Shown here: one piece after another, positions 13,616-23,960 of the stretch
Layout: each line of letters opens with the position of its first letter
How positions within the stretch are numbered: the stretch's first letter is position 1
Source: Eledone cirrhosa
Lineage: Eukaryota
Length of the DNA: 64,000 bases
NCBI GenBank assembly: GCA_964016885.1
Contig: OZ024743.1
Location: 235,910,001 to 235,974,000 of the forward strand
Direction: 5' to 3'
The notes under the pieces: model-generated
Database searches by the model: none
Seen by the model: the letters and a program-made list of their open reading frames with translations, nothing else
What the model was told of the DNA's origin: nothing
Made by a program: the position numbers and the translations under genes

Positions 13616-14432
13616 AAAAGGTTAAGACAATGTTTGTAAAACCAATTAACAAAGGTTCTTACATACAATTATGAAGGAAGGATTTTAGATAAATAACACC
13701 TTAGAATGTTTGGTCATGTAGGACCAGCAGCAATTCTAGGTGGCTTGGTATTAAAATTTACGCTGGTTTTTTAATCTAATTCTTATATAAAATTCTGATG
13801 GAATGTCTTTAGATAAATATAATCAATTTAAAGCAGTTTTGTGTCATAAAACCAGCGATGTTTGGAACATAACTTAAAGGTTCTTAGATAAAATTATGAT
13901 GGAAAGGATTTAAATAAATATAAGTACTTTAAAAGAAATAGTTTTGTGTCATAGAACCAGGGATGGTTTCAGGTGGTTTGGAATCAAAAGGGTTAACCTG
14001 GTTTTGGAATATAATGGAAGGTTTTGAGATAAATAGAAATATATGAAAACAGTTTTTATCACAGAAGCAGAATTAATTTCCGATGGTTAGGTATGAAAAA
14101 AGTTAAGTTGGTTTCGGAATAACTTAACAAAAGTTCTTACATAAAATAATGATGGAAGGTTTTCAAATAAATATGAATACATTAAAACAGTTTTGTATCA
14201 TAGAATCAGGGATGGTTTTGGGTGGTTTGGTATAAAAAGGATTAATGTAAAATATAAAAAACATATAAAGTAAAGAATTTAAAGTAAGAAATAAAATATT
14301 CTAGATTTATGGTAAAACTGGTAAGAAACTAAAATGGAACTGTAGAAGACAAAAGACATAACTACAGTTTAATACCTTCATCCTCATAACTTTCTTAATC
14401 TATTTCTTTAATGAAATTAGAATTTGATATGT

Positions 14433-14726
14433 AAATGCTTTTGTGAGTTCTCTATAAGATAATGACAACATTTGATTTGTTTGCAAGCAAACAGCCTCAT
14501 TACTCTATGTTTTTTATGACCATCATGATCCTTTTGTTCTAGCAGTGACAGAGAGAAACAATCAACATTATTGTTTCTGTCCTTTATCAAGATTGGGTAT
14601 CTTTCTTGTCACTAGAACCAAAGGATGGCAATGGTCATCTGAAAAACACAGCATAATGAGGCCGTTTGCTTGCAAACAAATTGAATATTATTATTGTTAT
14701 TCGATATAAAACTCAGAAATGCATTT
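14433..14726. repeat. Long imperfect inverted repeat (fold-back/MITE-like)
   Basis: 14433-14550 is the approximate reverse complement of 14607-14726. Confidence 0.85.
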
Positions 14727-15389
14727 TTTAATGAAATTTTACAGATAGATTTTCAAAATTGTAAATTATGACTGTGTTGGTAAAATTTGTAAAAAAAAAA
14801 ATTGGCAATTCAAAATCTATGACATTATCCTGATTAATATTGTTTAAGATTGGAATGTATGATGAACAATGTTTTTTACGTTCTGTTTGGTCATTTACAA
14901 AAAGATTTGAAATATTTACAAATGGAAATATATAATAATGAATGTATTGTTTGGTTTTTTAACAAATTATTTTCTTCAAATTTCTTCAATATAATCATAA
15001 TCTACACATCTGAAAATATATCTCTACAAATATTCAATCTAAAATATTACCAGGGAAGTTATGAGGAATCAAAGTTGTAGGAGGGTGGGAAGAATAGATT
15101 GAAGAGACTGAAAGTAAGGTAAAGTAGAAGGCAGTCCATCATTCTAGGAAGTATCAGCAGGCAACATGCATCATAATTGTGTATTGTTACTTACACATTG
15201 CATCTTGACCTGGAGAGAATGCAAGCAGGAATAAGAAAAACACACAAGTGATAATAAATGGATAATATCTTAAATTAAGATTATTTAAAAAATACAAATT
15301 ACATCGTGGAAGAGTCATTTTAGCCAGCACTTCAGGTAAGATGAAGTAAAAACATGGGTCAAAATATATTACAGTATTAGCGCTAGCTC

Positions 15390-16059
15390 TTTGAATCTTT
15401 CAATACCAACCTGCCCCCAAAACAGCCTCTGCTTCTACAGAACAAAGCAACCCATTTTAAACAAATCCTATTTAACCCTTTCGTTACCATATTTCTAATT
15501 AAAGAGACTGCTTTTGGTTTTCAATTAATTTTGAAAATAAGAATTAGAAGGGATTTAGTGATATAATTCACTTTCTCATTATTAAATTGTTCTTGAGGGC
15601 AGTGGATTGGCACAGGTGGTAGAGCATCAGGCAGCATGGCATAGAGTTACGGCCCTTTATGTTCTGAGTTCAAATCCTGCTGAGGTTAACTTTGCCTTTC
15701 ATCCTTACAGGGTTGATAAACTAAAGCCCCAGTAATGCATTGGGGTCGATTTAATCGATTTTCCCCACCCCAAAATTGTTGGCCTTGTGCCTAAACCAGA
15801 AACCATTATTAAACTGGTGTTTGGAACATAGCTTAACAAAGGTTCTTACATAAAATGAAGATGGAAGGTTTTTAAAGATCTGAATATGTTAAAAATAAAG
15901 AGTTATTTTTAATCAAAGATTCAGGGGCAGTTTTAAGCAGTTTGTTAGCAAAAGGGTTATAAAATTTTCCAACATAATTTTATATAAACTTTTATTAAAA
16001 ATACCATCTTAATTAAAATAGAGAGTAATTTATTAGAAATATGGTAATGGAAGGGTTAA
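15390..16059. mobile_element. Nested TTAA/CCCT-ended MITE copies (inner 15472-15960 in opposite orientation)
   Basis: TTAACCCTTTCGTTACCATATTTCT at 15472 and AGAAATATGGTAATGGAAGGGTTAA ending 16059. Related pieces at 13615-14245, about 24960-25142 and 29617-29970. Confidence 0.7.
15597..15810 (+). mobile_element. SINE (family 1) inserted in a MITE
   Basis: A/B boxes and conserved body. CATTATTAAA is repeated on both sides. Confidence 0.85.
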
Positions 16060-16464
16060 TTACAAAGGTCAACTGCACCCGTTATTCTTCTAGGGTCAAT
16101 AGAATAAACATCTTTCAAATATTGAATGTATCCCTTAACCTCCTCCCTGCTAAATTTCTGGCCTTGGGCCTATATAAGAAAATTATTTTGTGATGACAAA
16201 ATTTTCATCACACCCCTTGCGACCTGATCCACTGTGTTATTTTAATGGGTAAAATGACTCTTCCAATGATGTAATTGCTTCAGTTTTCAACACACAGTCT
16301 CATATCAAGTCATTTGCCAGTTAAGAACAACCCTGAAAGAATATATTTGATATCATTCAATGAACCATTTTAACCAATTCAAAGAACAAACTAAAACTGT
16401 TAAATTTACCTTACATTTATCATATATTTCTTAGTATTAAAACATTCATTGCACTCTTTACAAC

Positions 16465-16605
16465 CTGGTCACTGATACAGTCCCACCAAAACACTGGTCA
16501 CTCTGATACAGTCCCACCAAAACACTGGTCACTCTGATACAGTCCCACCAAAACACTGGTCACTGATAGTCCCACCAAAACACTGGTCACTGATACAGTC
16601 CCACA
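16465..16605. repeat. About 31-bp minisatellite (CTGGTCACTCTGATACAGTCCCACCAAAACA)
   Basis: 4-5 tandem units. Confidence 0.9.
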
Positions 16606-16781
16606 ACTCAAGTGTGTATGGGAGGTCCAACAGAAATGTCGACACCAGAAAACAATTGATACATTTTAAGTCTAACAGATTTTGTGTGAATTTTCAATGG
16701 TTAAACTGATTCTTCCAACATGTATTAGTTTCAACAGTCTCAGATCAAATCACTTGCCAGACATGTACACTCACACACACA

Positions 16782-16845
<64 letters not shown>

Positions 16846-17224
16846 AGAGTGCCCCGATGGTTGAGGTCTTGCTGTTTTAAAAGCTAATTCCAGACTATAT
16901 ATATAAATATTTATATATGAAGAAGTTACTAGCTTGCAGTCAATCTTCTACTTCACTAATCTCCTTATAATATATAACCAGCAATTTCTCTGTCTGTCTG
17001 TCCGACAGTGGAAACACGTGCGCGCGTGGTTGCTATCTCTCTCTCTCTCCAGCTATCCCTCTCTTTTAGTCTGTCTGTTTCTCTCACTCTCACTCTTTGT
17101 AACACACTAACATTCCTCCCCTCTATCGCTGTGACGAATGGGGAGATGGAGGAGGAGGAGAGAGTCACTTCACCTCTGCCTTTCTTTCTCTCCCCTCTCA
17201 CTCCCTCATTATGTACAGACATTA

Positions 17225-17417
17225 GGGCGGTGGATTGGCAGAATCTGTAGAGAGTCGGACACCATGCTTCATAGCATGGAGTTACGTCCCTTTACGGTCT
17301 GAGTTCAAATACCGCCGAGGTTAACTTTGCCTTTCATCCTCACGGGGTCGATAAAATAAAGTACCAGTAATGTACTGGGTAATTGCTGGCCTTGTGCCAA
17401 AAGTAGAAACAATTATT
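17225..17417 (+). mobile_element. SINE (family 1), near full length
   Basis: GGCGGTGGATTGGCAGAATCTG ... GAGTTCAAATACC ... conserved body ... AGAAACAATTATT. Confidence 0.88.
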
Positions 17418-17692
17418 AGAAACATTGCTTCATTTTTACATATCTAAGCATTAGTAAAATAACTAATAATTTCAAAAGTAATTTTTCAATTCCAATTGTT
17501 ATGAACAGCAAAACATTAATAATAATTTTGTTCTAAGAAATATATATACATTTCTGTGTGTGTAATATATATATATACACACAGAAATATATATACATTT
17601 CTGTATGTGTAATATATATATATATATATATACACACACAGAAATATATATATATACACACACAGAAATATATATACATTTCTGTGTGTGTA

Positions 17693-17727
<35 letters not shown>

Positions 17728-17784
17728 GAAATATATATACATTTCTGTGTGTAATATATATATATATATACACATACAGAAATA

Positions 17785-18311
17785 TATGGGCATTTCTCTG
17801 TTTGTCTGTCTGTCTGTCTGTCCTTCCCTAAAACTCAAATGTAGGTGCTACAGAAATATTACCTTCCCCTTCCTTTCTCCACTTTGATACTACCAAGAGA
17901 AACACTGTCGCTATAGAAACATTACCTTCCCCTCTCCACTGACTTTGATCACTGAGGCCGAGGGAATCGCTGGTTGCTATAGAGACACCTTGCACAAGCC
18001 AGAAGTAACCAGTTCGAGGCGGTTCTGACTTGACACCATGCCAAGGACCATTTGAAGATATATTTCCATCGTTATATCATAACGTTTATATTTCCGTCAC
18101 TAATCTCTTTTTCTCCTTTTTCGTTTTAACATATATTTATTTCAAAGATTTCACCGTATAGATAACATATATATTTATACATGCATAAAAGACACACCGA
18201 GAGATGGTGAATATGTGGTGCCGAAAACATTTCTCATCCAAATCTCAACAATATCAGTAAATACACTAGATTTGCTAGCAGAAAACCGCCCACTAGGTGG
18301 TTTTCTGCTAG
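17785..18311 (+). mobile_element. Non-autonomous Helitron-like element
   Basis: 3' hairpin CTAGCAGAAAACCGCC-CACTA-GGTGGTTTTCTGCTAG|T (18275-18311) is shared with 51730-51766. (GTCT)n near the 5' end. The 5' boundary is uncertain. Confidence 0.7.
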
Positions 18312-19058
18312 TATATATATATAAAACTGAGGATGTCTGTCTGTGTGTGTGAGTTTGAATCCCTAAAACTCGAGAACCACCCAACCGACTGTTTTCAAAC
18401 TTTACACATGTAATACTTATGTTTCACGGAGTGTTCTGAGCAAAATAATTTCAAATTTTCAATGCCCTAGGGACCACATTAAGCGATTTAGCGATCTCTC
18501 TCTATAATTCTTAGTCTTTCTGTTTTTAGATAGATACATACATATAACGTCGCGCCCTTATAATATCTGTCTGTATGTCTGACTGTCTGCATTACGTCAC
18601 TTCCCTGAGGATGTCTGTGTGTGTGTGAGTTTGAATCCCTAAAACTCGAGAAGTACCCAACCGATTTTTTTCAAACTTTACATGTGTATTACTTATGTTT
18701 CAGGGAGTGATATGCACATAAAAAAATTCAACATTTTAATCTCCTAGGGCCCGCATTAGGTGAAAAACTGCATTTTAAAAGCTTTTTAGGGCCCTTTAGA
18801 GGCGTTACGTCTAGCCGATTTTCCCTGAATTTCAAAGCATATTATGCATATAAAAAAAATTCATTTTCTTGATCCCCTAGGGCCCGCATTAGGTGAAAAC
18901 CTGCATTTTTCCTGCTTCATCGAGGAAATCAAAGATTATCCAGCCATCGGAGTATTCGGTTTATTTTCTTTACATATTGTCCAGGCATGCAGTTTTTCCA
19001 CGATTAGGTCTGTTGGTGGCCCGCGTTCCAAAATACCTTATCCCGTGCAACTGGATAG
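18312..19058 (+). mobile_element. Non-autonomous Helitron-like element with internal duplications
   Basis: Start TATATATATAAAACTGAGG matches the 60837 element. Degenerate end CCCGTGCAACTGGATAG|T. 18327-18480 is repeated at about 18605-18750. Confidence 0.65.
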
Positions 19059-19086
19059 TATAATATATATATATACATATATATAT

Positions 19087-22000
19087 ATGCCAAAGTTAAA
19101 GTCAAATTCACCTCGTGGACGAGAATGCGAGCACTCCTCTTTGTTTCGTCCGCGGATGGCTAACATAACCCTATCTCCTCCCGCCCCCCACCACCCCCAA
19201 CCTCCAAACGCAACCCAAAACTTCAGAGTTGGTACCATAAATGTAGGCACCCTAAAGGGTCGCGCTAACGAGGTTGTAGAAATGCTTGAACGTAAGGAGG
19301 TCGATGTTTGTTGTATTCAAGAGACCAGGTGGAGGGGTGGGTCTGCTAGATTCATTGAGGGTAAAAAACGATGTTATAAGCTTTTCTGGGTGGGAAACGA
19401 TGATGGGCTGGGTGGAGTAGGAATCATGGTAGCAGAAAAGTGGGCAGATAAGATAATAGACGTAAATAGAGTGAACGACAGAATAATTAAAATAAGACTT
19501 GTCCTCAATAGAACTACGGTGACAGTAATATCTGCGTACGCACCCCAATCCGGACTGCCCGGCACTATAAAAGACAGATTCTATGAGACACTGTTGCTAA
19601 CTACCTCCCAAATATCTGACAGTGACTATATAATTATTGCAGGCGACCTAAATGGTCACGTTGGACAACATTGTGACGGCTATGACGAAATCCATGGAGG
19701 CTATGGGTTTGGTACTAGAAATGAGGAAGGCTCCAGAATTCTGGAATACTGTGATGCAAATAACCTAACTATCTGTAACACTAACTTCAAAAAACGTGAC
19801 AATCACCTGATTACCTATAGATCCGGGGAACACACAAGCCAGGTAGATTATATCCTTACCAGAAGACGTGACAGAGTGTCTGTTGTAAACACTAAATCCC
19901 TCCCCCATGAAGAATGCACCTCCCAACATAGACTGATAATTAGCGACCTCATAGTCAGGTCGAGACGTACTCGACAGCAGAAGAGGACTATCCTCAGGAG
20001 AAAAATATGGAAGCTAAAGGACCCCACAGCCAAAAATAAATTTCAAAACATATTACTTGATGCTTTCGACAGTAAGGAAGAACACTTAGAGTCGGACAAT
20101 ATAGAGGGACAGTGGGAATTTCTGAAAGCAAACCTGCTGTTGGCCACAGACGAAGTCTGTGGCTGGAGCAGGCCTGTAGGCAGGAGGAGAGTAACATGGT
20201 GGTGGAACAGTAAGGTGGAGGAGTCAATTAAGGCCAAAAAGCAGGCTTGGAAAGTATGGCGGGATGGGGGAAGTAGAGTAGACTATCAAGTGGCCAGGAG
20301 GGAAGCTAGGAGAGAAGTGTACTTAGCAAGAAGGGAAGCTGAGGAAAGAAAGTTCAAGCATGTCCTACAACGCGATGACCAAAAACGTGAGGTGTTCAGG
20401 ATTGCTAGGCAATGCGTCAAGGAAAACCGTGATATTGTCGGGGAGAAGTGTGTACTTAACGATGATGGCATACTTGCCATCACCGACACTGATAAGAAGG
20501 CAGCTTGGAAGTGTCACTATGAAAGGCTACTAAATGAGGAGAATAAATGGGAGAAAGACAGTCTCCCCCATGTCGACCCAATAGAGGGACCAGCAGTGTT
20601 AGTCGAGGGGAGTATAATAAGTAAGGCAATCAAGGATATGAAGACAGGTAAGGCGGCTGGGCCTTCGGAAATAGTTGCTGAGATGCTGAAGGCATCTGGC
20701 ACGGTGGGACACACCATGGTCACCCGCATAGTTAACCAAGTCGTACAGAATGGGGTTGTTCCGAAGGACTGGCATAGCAGCATCATCGTTAACTGTTATA
20801 AGGGTAAAGGAGACGCCCTAGATAGGAGTAACTATAGAGGCATTAAATTAATCGACCAGGTCATGAAGGTCACAGAAAAAGTAATAGCGCAACTAATCAG
20901 AGAGAGAATTGACCTAGATGAAATGCAGTTCGGGTTTGTGTCAGGCAAAAGTACCACAGACGCTCTTTTCATAGTACGACAACTACAGGAGAAGTACCTA
21001 GCTAAAGGTAAACCCCTCTACTTAGCTTTTGTCGACTTGGAGAAAGCCTTCGACAGAGTCCCCCGCTCCATTATCTGGTGGGCTCTTAGAAAACTAGGCG
21101 TTGACGAATGGCTTGTGAGGGCTATACAAGCCATGTATAAAGAAACAGTCAGCAAGGTTAGAATTAACAACGAATATAGTGAAGAGTTTAGCGTAAAAGT
21201 TGGCGTCCATCAGGGCTCTGTTCTCAGCCCCCTACTATTTATTATTGCCCTTCAGGCTATAACAGAGGAGTTCAAGACAGGCTGCCCATGGGAACTCCTA
21301 TACGCAGACGACCTGACACTCATAGCGGAATCAATGGCCGAGCTAGAGAAGAAATTCCAAACATGGAAGCACGGCCTAGAGTCAAAAGGACTTAAAATTA
21401 ACCTGGCTAAGACCAAAGTTCTAGTTTGTAGGAAAGAAAACAAGGCGGCGGTCCCTTCTGGGAAATGGTCGTGCTCGGTGTGTAGGAAAGGCGTAGGTAG
21501 AAACTCCATTTTGTGTCCTAAATGCAAAGTATGGGTGCATAAAAGATGTAGTGGGATCACAGGTAAGCTAACTAAGAACATAGATTTTACATGTGGCCGG
21601 TGTTCTGGTGCAATAAGTAGCAGCAAGTGCCCACACAATACTAGCTCTTTCAATTGCGCAGAGGGTTCTATAGAAATAGTGGACAGCTTCCGTTACCTGG
21701 GCGATAAAATCAGCAGTGGGGGAGGGTGCTCTGAAAGTACTGTAGCTAGAGTCAGAACTGGTTGGAAAAAGTTCAGAGAGCTTATACCACTATTAGCTGC
21801 TAAAGGGTTCTCCCTAAAAATGAAAGGCAGGTTGTACGATGCCTGCATACGAACAGCAATGTTGCATGGCAGTGAGACCTGGGCATTGTGTGCAGAGGAT
21901 ATACGCAGACTAGAGAGGAACGAAGCTTGCATGCTCCGCTGGATGTGTAACAGTAATATACGTGAACGGCAAAGCATAAACGAACTAAGGAAAAAATTAG

Positions 22001-22269
22001 AGATAAGAGGGATCAGATGTTGTTTACTCGAGAGAAGGCTACGTTGGTATGGACACGTGATGCGCATGAAAGTCGATAGCTGTATAACAAAGTGCAGGGC
22101 AATAAAGATAGACGGTAGCCACGGAATAGGCAGACCTAGAAAAACCTGGGACGAGCTGATAAACTCCGACCTCACACACTTACACCTCTCCAAGACAATG
22201 TCACTGGACCGAGACCTTTGGCGGTACTCAGTAACAGAGAAGACCCGCCTTGCCAGTAGGCATCTCTAA
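19087..22269 (+). CDS. APE endonuclease / reverse transcriptase polyprotein with a PHD-type finger inside the RT domain
   Basis: APE motifs GTINVGTL, IQETRW, SAYAPQ, GDLNGHVG, QVDYIL, SQHRL. RT motifs NYRGIKL, QFGF, FVDLEKAFDRV, GVHQGSVLSPLLF, LLYADD, GLKIN, FRYLG. RTE C-terminal RRLRWYGHVMRM and GRPRKTW. No stops. Start is ATG 19087 or 19156; track residues from 18844 derive from the upstream Helitron. Confidence 0.95.
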   Translation: MPKLKSNSPRGRECEHSSLFRPRMANITLSPPAPHHPQPPNATQNFRVGTINVGTLKGRANEVVEMLERKEVDVCCIQETRWRGGSARFIEGKKRCYKLFWVGNDDGLGGVGIMVAEKWADKIIDVNRVNDRIIKIRLVLNRTTVTVISAYAPQSGLPGTIKDRFYETLLLTTSQISDSDYIIIAGDLNGHVGQHCDGYDEIHGGYGFGTRNEEGSRILEYCDANNLTICNTNFKKRDNHLITYRSGEHTSQVDYILTRRRDRVSVVNTKSLPHEECTSQHRLIISDLIVRSRRTRQQKRTILRRKIWKLKDPTAKNKFQNILLDAFDSKEEHLESDNIEGQWEFLKANLLLATDEVCGWSRPVGRRRVTWWWNSKVEESIKAKKQAWKVWRDGGSRVDYQVARREARREVYLARREAEERKFKHVLQRDDQKREVFRIARQCVKENRDIVGEKCVLNDDGILAITDTDKKAAWKCHYERLLNEENKWEKDSLPHVDPIEGPAVLVEGSIISKAIKDMKTGKAAGPSEIVAEMLKASGTVGHTMVTRIVNQVVQNGVVPKDWHSSIIVNCYKGKGDALDRSNYRGIKLIDQVMKVTEKVIAQLIRERIDLDEMQFGFVSGKSTTDALFIVRQLQEKYLAKGKPLYLAFVDLEKAFDRVPRSIIWWALRKLGVDEWLVRAIQAMYKETVSKVRINNEYSEEFSVKVGVHQGSVLSPLLFIIALQAITEEFKTGCPWELLYADDLTLIAESMAELEKKFQTWKHGLESKGLKINLAKTKVLVCRKENKAAVPSGKWSCSVCRKGVGRNSILCPKCKVWVHKRCSGITGKLTKNIDFTCGRCSGAISSSKCPHNTSSFNCAEGSIEIVDSFRYLGDKISSGGGCSESTVARVRTGWKKFRELIPLLAAKGFSLKMKGRLYDACIRTAMLHGSETWALCAEDIRRLERNEACMLRWMCNSNIRERQSINELRKKLEIRGIRCCLLERRLRWYGHVMRMKVDSCITKCRAIKIDGSHGIGRPRKTWDELINSDLTHLHLSKTMSLDRDLWRYSVTEKTRLASRHL

Positions 22270-22633
22270 CAAAATACACCCCGTCCCACCACCACCACCC
22301 CCACCCCATCCACACCACCCCGTCCTATGTAAAGTTATGTTGGTGCCGCGCCATCCGGGCCGAAACAAATGAGATCGTGTAGGTGTCACGACAAAAAAAC
22401 ACACAGTCCACGCTGTAATGTGGCCGTGTAGGCAACACGGTAAAAACCTCCCAGACCCACACTGTAAATGTGGTTGGTGTTAGGAAGGGCATCCAACTGT
22501 AGAAAACCTGCCAGACAGTCCTATGCGAGCAAGACAATCACTCTTGCCTCAAGTGGGACTACCCCCGTCCAAACCCATGCAAGCGTGGAACACGGACGTT
22601 AAACGTTGATGATGATGATGATGATGATGATGA
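19087..22633 (+). mobile_element. Near full-length RTE-clade non-LTR retrotransposon, family A
   Basis: Single ORF, about 350-bp 3' UTR and (GAT)n tail at about 22608-22633. No 5' UTR or TSD visible. Begins at a (TA)n array. Confidence 0.96.
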
Positions 22634-22976
22634 TACACACAAGTGTAGATAGAATCGAAGGAAAAGAGCAATCAACACCTAATGTGCAAGTTGAGAGTAT
22701 TTATATTAATAGTTTGACTTATTTTTACATAACCAAATGGTTTCATGGCTGTTAATGTCTACCTCATATTTGATTGTACCTGAAAGAGTTGTAGATATTT
22801 ACAGCCATGAAATTGCTTGCTAATGCAAAAATGAATCAAACTGTTTATATATACAGTAGAAAATGATATGTTTAAGATGGTTAAGACAATGTGAGGTGGA
22901 TGGTAAAATATACTGTAGAAAATGATGTTTAAGATGGTTAAGACAATGTGAAATGGTAAAATGAAGGCAATAAAAG

Positions 22977-23164
22977 GTGGATTGGCAGTATCGGTAGAGG
23001 GTCGGACGCCATGTTTTGATGCATAGAGTTACGGCCCTTTCATTTCTGAGTTCAAATCCTGCCAAGGTTAACTTTGCTTTCATCCTTACGGGGTTGATAA
23101 AATAAAGTACCAGTAATGCACTGGGTATTTGCTGGCCTTGTGCCTAAAGTAGAAACAATTATTA
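22977..23164 (+). mobile_element. SINE (family 1)
   Basis: TGGCAGTATCGG A box, GAGTTCAAATCC B box and conserved body. Confidence 0.88.
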
Positions 23165-23419
23165 TCTTTGTTTTTTTTTCTTGTCTTAATATTTCAGGAC
23201 TTAAATTTCCCTTCCTCCGTATCTCGTGGATATTACAGCAAAAATCAAACACAACACAGTTTCTTTTTTTTTTTTTATTTAAATCTAGTTTTCAAGCAAT
23301 AAGACTGGAAGGTTTTGCTCTGAGAGTCGTGGGAGGGATTTTTAAATCTCAAAATATTAGGACAAAAGAAAAAAAAGATAATTAATAACAGGTAACAAAC
23401 TTTTTGGTTACCTTTATTT

Positions 23420-23960
23420 TACCATCCACTTCACATTGTCTTAACCATCTTAAACATATTACCATCCATTTCACATTGTCTTATCTCTTAAACATATTAC
23501 CATCCATTTCACATTGTCTTAACCTCTTAAACATATTACCATCCATTTCACATTGTCTTAACCTCTTAAACATATTACCATCCATTTCACATTGCCTTAA
23601 CCATCTTAAACATATTATCATCTATTTCACATTGCCTTAACCTCTTAAACATATTACCATCCATTTCACATTGTCTTAACCCTCTTAAACATATTACCAT
23701 CCATCTCGCATTGTCTTAACCATCTTAAACATATTACCATCCATTTCACATTGTCTTAACCCTCTTAAACATATTACCATCCATCTCGCATTGTCTTAAC
23801 CATCTTAAACATATTACCATCCATCTCGCATTGTCTTAACCATCTTAAACATATTACCATCCATCTCGCATTGTCTTAACCCTCTTAAACATACCATCAT
23901 TTACATTATATTTTACCATCCATTTCACATTGTCTTAGCCATCTTAAACATACCATTATC
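23420..23960. repeat. 39-40-bp minisatellite (ACCATCCATTTCACATTGTCTTAACCATCTTAAACATATT)
   Basis: About 13 units. Inverted copies at 22851-22968. Confidence 0.92.

Noticed and set aside
17225-17320. tRNA gene suggested by A and B boxes
   Set aside because: No cloverleaf. The boxes head a dispersed SINE seen at least 8 times in the window.
18844-19086. N-terminal 81 aa of the 1141-aa ORF as part of the RTE protein
   Set aside because: It is read from a Helitron-like repeat and a (TA)n tract (IIYIYTYIY), so the frame is open by chance.
21252-22193. Recurrent antisense ORFs over the RTE copies (MRITCPYQRSLL..., MKELV...)
   Set aside because: They recur only because the copies are near-identical, and show no independent protein features.
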